Positions 38,867 to 43,200 of a stretch of 43,200 nt of DNA are shown here, piece by piece. The notes beneath the pieces were generated by a model. It was given only the letters and a program-made list of their open reading frames with translations. It ran no database searches and had not been told where the DNA came from. The translations under genes were made by a program, and so were the position numbers. This stretch comes from an uncultured Gammaproteobacteria bacterium. Its GTDB lineage: Bacteria; Pseudomonadota; Gammaproteobacteria; UBA9214. Each line of letters opens with the position of its first letter. Within the stretch, counting starts at the first letter, position 1. The DNA lies in contig CBEULV010000001.1 in assembly GCA_965544015.1 (NCBI GenBank), positions 1 through 43,200 of the forward strand, written 5' to 3'.

Positions 38867-40396
38867 TCAGGAGTTTTGCAGGGTCTGACTTTCCGCTGTT
38901 ACATCGGGATGCAGTTCGCTAAGTGGCACCGAGAGCCCGTTATTGCCTACCACCCGTGCATGGAAGCGTTTCAGTTCGCGCGGTTCCTTTACGCCGCAGG
39001 AGTGCGCGATGATGCCGACTTCGTAGACCATGTTTTTTGCATAGTGTGCAACGCGGACTGCCTTGTGTTCGGGATTCAGACCGCGTTGCAGGCGTTTGTT
39101 GTGCGTGGTGATGCCGGTTGGGCAGGTATTCCTGTTGCATTGCAGGGCCTGAATACAACCGAGTGCAAACATGAAGCCGCGTGCGGAAACTATGAAGTCG
39201 GCACCCATGCACAGGGCCCATGCTACGTCTGCCGGTGTGACAAGCTTGCCGGAGGCGATGATCTTGATGCGCTCGCGCAATCCATACTCGTTGAGTTTGT
39301 CGATCAGCAACGGCAGACTCTCGCGCAATGGCAGGCCGACATCATCGATCAGCGGCATTGGCGCGGCGCCGGTGCCGCCGTCTGCGCTGTCCACGGTGAT
39401 GAAATCCGGTGCGCATTCGCTGCCGCGTTCGTTGATCTCCGTGAACAAGCCGTCCAGCCAGCCGTAGGCGCCGATGACGGCCTTGAAGCCAACCGGCTTG
39501 CCGGTGACCTTGCGTACCCGGTGGATGACATCGAGCAGCTCGCTGTTGGAATTGATGTCCAGGTGCCGGTTCGGGCTGATGGCATCGCAGCCTGCCTCGA
39601 TACCACGGATTTTTGCAATCTCCTCGGTGACCTTGATGCCGGGCAGGATACCGCCCTTGCCGGGCTTGGCGCCCTGGCTCAGCTTTATCTCGAACATGCG
39701 CACGGCGTCATGGGCCGCGGTCTCTCGCAGCTTGTCATCGTTCAGGTTGCCCTCCCGGTCGCGCACACCGTTCTTGGCGGTACCAATCTGAAACACGATG
39801 TCGGCACCACCCTCGAGATGGTAGGGCGACAGACCACCCTCACCGGTATTCATCCAGCAGCCGGCCTTGTTGGCGCCATGCGAGAGTGCCAGTATCGCCG
39901 GCTTCGAGATGGCGCCGTAACTCATGCCGGAAATATTGAACAGGGAACTGGTCGTGTAGGGCGTTGCACAGTGCGGTCCGATTGTCACGCTGCGTGGCGG
40001 GACGGCGTCCTGCCCAAGGGTGGGAAAGGGGCAATTCACGAACAGTACCGTCCCGACCGGGCGCAGGTCACGGGTGGAGCCGAAGCCTACGGTGTTGTCG
40101 ATATTCTTGGCGGCGCGGTAGACCCATGTTCGCTGGGCCCGATTAAAGGGCATCTCTTCGCGGTCCATGGCGAAGAAATACTGGCGGAAGAAACTGCCAA
40201 GATGCTCGAAGAAATAGCGGAAGTGACCGACCACAGGGTAATTGCGCCGGATCGCACTTTTGGTCTGGGTAATGTCGAGAATGAAGGTGACAACGACGAC
40301 GAGTACGCCTATCCCGATCAGCACCACGAACAGGGTTGCCATGATGTCCATGACCGCGGTGACCAGCGAGAATGTTTCTGCTGAGGTCATGTCCAT
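38867..40396 (-). CDS. Membrane-anchored FMN-binding glutamate synthase-family (GltB domain 2-like) protein
   Basis: 509 aa. N-terminal TM segment IMATLFVVLIGIGVLVVVVTFIL. Contains ISGMSYGAIS, NTGEGGLSP, EIKLSQGAKPGKGGILPG, VDSADGGTGAAP and ASGKLVTPADVAWALCMGADF, typical of the Glu_synthase FMN domain. Confidence 0.85.
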   Translation of the reverse strand: MDMTSAETFSLVTAVMDIMATLFVVLIGIGVLVVVVTFILDITQTKSAIRRNYPVVGHFRYFFEHLGSFFRQYFFAMDREEMPFNRAQRTWVYRAAKNIDNTVGFGSTRDLRPVGTVLFVNCPFPTLGQDAVPPRSVTIGPHCATPYTTSSLFNISGMSYGAISKPAILALSHGANKAGCWMNTGEGGLSPYHLEGGADIVFQIGTAKNGVRDREGNLNDDKLRETAAHDAVRMFEIKLSQGAKPGKGGILPGIKVTEEIAKIRGIEAGCDAISPNRHLDINSNSELLDVIHRVRKVTGKPVGFKAVIGAYGWLDGLFTEINERGSECAPDFITVDSADGGTGAAPMPLIDDVGLPLRESLPLLIDKLNEYGLRERIKIIASGKLVTPADVAWALCMGADFIVSARGFMFALGCIQALQCNRNTCPTGITTHNKRLQRGLNPEHKAVRVAHYAKNMVYEVGIIAHSCGVKEPRELKRFHARVVGNNGLSVPLSELHPDVTAESQTLQNS

Positions 40397-40438
40397 GCCC
40401 CGTGCTTGTCTGTAACCGGCTTGCTATAGTCTGGCAGT

Positions 40439-41044
40439 TCAACAACTACCAGTGGTTCTCCAGCGTCGTGCGATCCAGTAATCCAGGCTGAAGTATCTGC
40501 CAGCACCTATGAAGAACAGTGCCAGTAACATGATGAAATAGGTGGCGGCAAACTCGATGCCGTTCTTCAGGATGGTGATGCTGCCGGCCTCGGTCAGCCA
40601 TTCGTAGTTGGCGTGTTCACGCAGGATTTCCCTGGCCTTCTCCTTGCGGATGCTGGCCTCCTCGATCAGGTCCGTGCGCCATTCCCATGGTACCGTCAAA
40701 TCTGTCTCCGGCAAGACATGCCAGCCGTTCTCCCAATGTGCGGTGGTGGCGGCAACGAACATGGTAAACATCAGTGGAATGGCAAACCAGCGTACCGCAA
40801 AGCCGCCGAGCAGCGCGATACCGCCCAGCAGTTCTGTCAGTGCGGCGACATAGACCATGATCTCGGGTGCCGGGATGCCAAGCGAGGCAAAGTAGGGGCC
40901 GAGGTCTTCCGCGTATGCCAGCTTGTTGGAACCAGCCATGATGAGAATCGGCGCAAGGTAGATGCGCAGAGCCAGCGGTGCCAGGAAATCGATAGCACGG
41001 CTACGGTCCAGCAGGCCCTGCAGGCAATTCAGTAATCGGATCAT
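40439..41044 (-). CDS. DoxX-family membrane protein of the MNIO operon
   Basis: Start at MIRLLNCLQGLL (ATG 41044); the track start at 41170 would overlap the upstream gene. Contains LAPLALRIYLAPILIMAGSNKL and ELLGGIALLGGFAVRW. A soluble insert of about 60 aa lies between hydrophobic segments. Confidence 0.8.
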   Translation of the reverse strand: MIRLLNCLQGLLDRSRAIDFLAPLALRIYLAPILIMAGSNKLAYAEDLGPYFASLGIPAPEIMVYVAALTELLGGIALLGGFAVRWFAIPLMFTMFVAATTAHWENGWHVLPETDLTVPWEWRTDLIEEASIRKEKAREILREHANYEWLTEAGSITILKNGIEFAATYFIMLLALFFIGAGRYFSLDYWIARRWRTTGSC

Positions 41045-41093
41045 AACGCCCCCTTGTTGGTGATTCGTATGCTGGAGATTATATCGAGTGGCT

Positions 41094-41876
41094 CTACTGC
41101 CGCCTTGTTCCGATAACGATCGATTTTTTCCTGAGATTGTCCAGAATTTCCGCGCCGCCACTGACCACAACCTCAGGCTGCGGGTGGGACAACTCCCCGG
41201 CGATCTGTAGCAGCAACTTGCGTCCGCTGGCTATATCCGATGTCTCCAGCAGTTCCAGCAGTCGCTTGGTGACCGGGTTGATTTCCATGAAACCAACTTC
41301 ATCCTCATTGTCGCGGTAAACCACCAGGAAAGTGGGGATCCTGTCCTCAGGGCCGGGCAGAAAGTCCGGACCGATCCTGTGTACCGGGTATTGATAGGCC
41401 AGGTGCCAGGCCAGTGGCGACAGCACCGGTATCCCGTCTAACAGGTCCCCGGTGGTATCGATGTCGTCATAATTCAGCGTGTCGTCTGCAACGGAGACAG
41501 CCAGTTCCGCCCATTCGTAGTGGGCCAGGTCATACAGAAAGGGCAGGTCATCTTCCCGGGCGGTGCGTTCCTCGTGTAGCCAGTTGAGAAATTCGCGGGG
41601 GATTTCAAGGAATAGTGGTGTGCGCGACAGGTGCGAGGAGAAATAATCCCGTACCAGCGCATGCCAGGCATCATCGTCGTAAATTTTCCTCAGTACCGGG
41701 AATGTGTTGGATAGAAAACTTTCGACATTGTTGTAGAACAGCTCACGGTAGATCGCCATGCGCCGGTCTTCCACATCTCCGGGTGCCGGCTGATGTTCGG
41801 GGTCACGGATATGCGCGGCAAATTCGTATTGCCGGCGAATGAATTCAGGCCTGTTTTCCATGCGAGATGTCGCCAT
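41094..41876 (-). CDS. DUF2063-family protein (MbnC/HvfC/BufC-type partner of the MNIO enzyme)
   Basis: 255-260 aa. Contains [52 protein letters not shown] and LAHYEWAE, characteristic of DUF2063. Overlaps the MNIO gene 3' end by 32 nt (ATG 41876) or 17 nt (ATG 41861). Confidence 0.8.
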   Translation of the reverse strand: MATSRMENRPEFIRRQYEFAAHIRDPEHQPAPGDVEDRRMAIYRELFYNNVESFLSNTFPVLRKIYDDDAWHALVRDYFSSHLSRTPLFLEIPREFLNWLHEERTAREDDLPFLYDLAHYEWAELAVSVADDTLNYDDIDTTGDLLDGIPVLSPLAWHLAYQYPVHRIGPDFLPGPEDRIPTFLVVYRDNEDEVGFMEINPVTKRLLELLETSDIASGRKLLLQIAGELSHPQPEVVVSGGAEILDNLRKKSIVIGTRRQ

Positions 41877-42708
41877 GTTCGTTGCCCCATTTGTCCTGCA
41901 GCGAGGCGATCTGGCCTACCTCGCCAAGCAACTCCGGTAGTGGCGGGATGTTGAAGTCACGCTCCAGCAGGGTAGGGACCACGCCGAAATGCGCATAGGC
42001 CTTTTCCAGTAGCGCCCATACCGGGTCGATAATCGGTGCGCCGTGCGTATCTACCTTCAGATCATCGGCCTCGTCATAGTGGCCGGCGATGTGGAAGTAT
42101 GCCACACGTTCGGCTGGCAATGATTTCAGGAAGGTCTCTGCATCATAGCCATGGTTGATGCTGTTCACGTAGATATTGTTGACGTCCAGCAACAGGTCAC
42201 AGTCGGCCTCTGCGAGTACCGCGTTGATAAACTCGATTTCGTCCATCTCCTTGCCCGGTGCTGCATAGTAGGAGACATTTTCCATGGCGATACGACGTTC
42301 CAGGATGTCCTGTACGCGCCGTATGCGCGCGGCTACATAGTGTACCGCTTCCCCGGTGAACGGGATCGGCATCAGGTCATAGAGATGACCGTCATCGCTG
42401 CAGTAGCTCAGGTGTTCGGAGTAATAGCGGAAGTTGTGTTCGTCCAGCAACTTCCTGACACGGTGCAGGAAGGTCTCGTCCAGCGGGGCCGGGCTACCGA
42501 TGGAGAGTGACAGGCCGTGTGCCACGAACGGATAGCGCTCGGTGAAGTAACGGAGCTGCTTGCCGAGTTTGCCACCTACACCTATCCAGTTCTCGGGGGC
42601 AACCTCGAAAAAATCAACAGTATCCGGCGGGTTGTCCCGCAGCGGACCCATCAGGGTCCGCCGCAGGCCAAGTCCGGATCCTTCAACAGGATAGTTTGAT
42701 GAAGCCAC
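41845..42708 (-). CDS. DUF692 / MbnB-like multinuclear non-heme iron oxidative enzyme (MNIO)
   Basis: 287 aa with a GTG start. Contains [70 protein letters not shown] and PTLLERD, the TIM-barrel metal-ligand blocks of DUF692. Starts 15 nt after the precursor stop. Confidence 0.85.
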   Translation of the reverse strand: MASSNYPVEGSGLGLRRTLMGPLRDNPPDTVDFFEVAPENWIGVGGKLGKQLRYFTERYPFVAHGLSLSIGSPAPLDETFLHRVRKLLDEHNFRYYSEHLSYCSDDGHLYDLMPIPFTGEAVHYVAARIRRVQDILERRIAMENVSYYAAPGKEMDEIEFINAVLAEADCDLLLDVNNIYVNSINHGYDAETFLKSLPAERVAYFHIAGHYDEADDLKVDTHGAPIIDPVWALLEKAYAHFGVVPTLLERDFNIPPLPELLGEVGQIASLQDKWGNEHGDISHGKQA

Positions 42709-42723
42709 GACAGTGTTTACTGC

Positions 42724-43185
42724 CTACTTCTGGGCGCCGCATTTACCTTCGCCGCACTTGCCTTCCTTGTCGGCCTTCTTCTCGGCACCACATTTTCCTT
42801 CCATTGCTTTCATTTCACTGGCATCGAGCACGCCATCGCCATTTTTGTCCCTCTTGATGAACATGGCCTCGTGTGCTGCATTGAACTCGTCCCTGGTGAT
42901 CTTGCCATCGCCGTCGGCATCCATCATTTCCATGCCGCACTTGCCTTCACCGCACTTGCCTTCACCGGCAGCCTTCTTCTCGCCGCCACACTTGCCTTCT
43001 GCGCCTGCCTTCTTCTCGCCACCGCACTTGCCTTCAGCCATCTCGGCAACCATGTAACCGCTGGACAAATCGGACATGGCAAACGGGTTTTCCGCTGCGT
43101 TGGCAACGCTGGTGCCGGCCAGGGACGTCACGAAGGCAGCACCCATTGCAATGGCCAGCGGCTTGAGAGTTGATTTTTTTGACAT
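42724..43185 (-). CDS. Secreted EGKCG-repeat protein with central EF-hand pair; predicted MNIO substrate (HvfA/bufferin-like RiPP precursor)
   Basis: 153 aa. Sec signal MSKKSTLKPLAIAMGAAFVTSLAGTSVANA/AE. Seven exact EGKCG units (Cys54, 66, 78, 83, 132, 144, 149 are the only cysteines). EF-hand loops DADGDGKITRDE and DKNGDGVLDASE. Confidence 0.8.
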   Translation of the reverse strand: MSKKSTLKPLAIAMGAAFVTSLAGTSVANAAENPFAMSDLSSGYMVAEMAEGKCGGEKKAGAEGKCGGEKKAAGEGKCGEGKCGMEMMDADGDGKITRDEFNAAHEAMFIKRDKNGDGVLDASEMKAMEGKCGAEKKADKEGKCGEGKCGAQK

Positions 43186-43190
43186 TGATA

Positions 43191-43196
43191 TGTCTC
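43191..43196 (-). promoter_or_regulatory. Shine-Dalgarno sequence of the precursor gene
   Basis: The reverse complement reads AGGAGA, followed by a 7-nt spacer and the ATG at 43185. Confidence 0.55.
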
Positions 43197-43200
43197 CTAG

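Noticed and set aside
38825-40384. 519-aa plus-strand ORF
   Set aside because: Antisense to the FMN glutamate-synthase-like gene, which has clear Glu_synthase blocks. Shadow-like composition.
42713-43057. Plus-strand ORF encoding PHLPSPHLPS-type repeats
   Set aside because: The repeat is simply the reverse-complement reading of the EGKCG codon repeats. The minus-strand frame has a start codon, an AGGAGA RBS, a signal peptide and operon context.

Overview
GC-rich (about 60%) chromosomal segment with a proteobacterial gene content; the Pseudomonas-like type IV pilus minor-pilin synteny suggests a gammaproteobacterium. Most of the window is housekeeping. It holds the fimU-pilV-pilW-pilX-pilY1 operon (1-6243, minus) with a displaced fimT, thiO, an Irr-like Fur-family regulator and tRNA-Thr(CGU). 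It also holds nadC, an FKBP isomerase, an alanine/glycine:cation symporter, argF-argD, argG, pyrC, rnt, grxD, dsbB, gloA and purT. A heterodimeric-E1 2-oxoacid (pyruvate/acetoin-type) dehydrogenase cluster has its E2 and E3 components fused into one 881-aa ORF. The most interesting region is the right end (35.4-43.2 kb), where seven genes all run on the minus strand. A Sec-signal-bearing 153-aa protein carries seven EGKCG motifs flanking two canonical EF-hand loops. It is followed by a DUF692/MbnB-like multinuclear non-heme iron oxidase (MNIO), a DUF2063 partner protein and a DoxX membrane protein. This is the architecture of the recently recognised Cys-modifying copper-binding RiPP/metallophore operons (HvfABC-DoxX / bufferin type). 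Directly downstream are a membrane-anchored FMN glutamate-synthase-like protein and a 1112-aa secreted beta-propeller / di-heme peroxidase-like / TSP3 / dockerin-like protein. Two intergenic regions carry a family of GCCACAGAG-type palindromic repeats. I saw no CRISPR array, transposase, integrase or rRNA. Many long ORFs in the supplied track are antisense shadows typical of high-GC DNA and were rejected. All family assignments rest on motif reading and memory, not on database searches.
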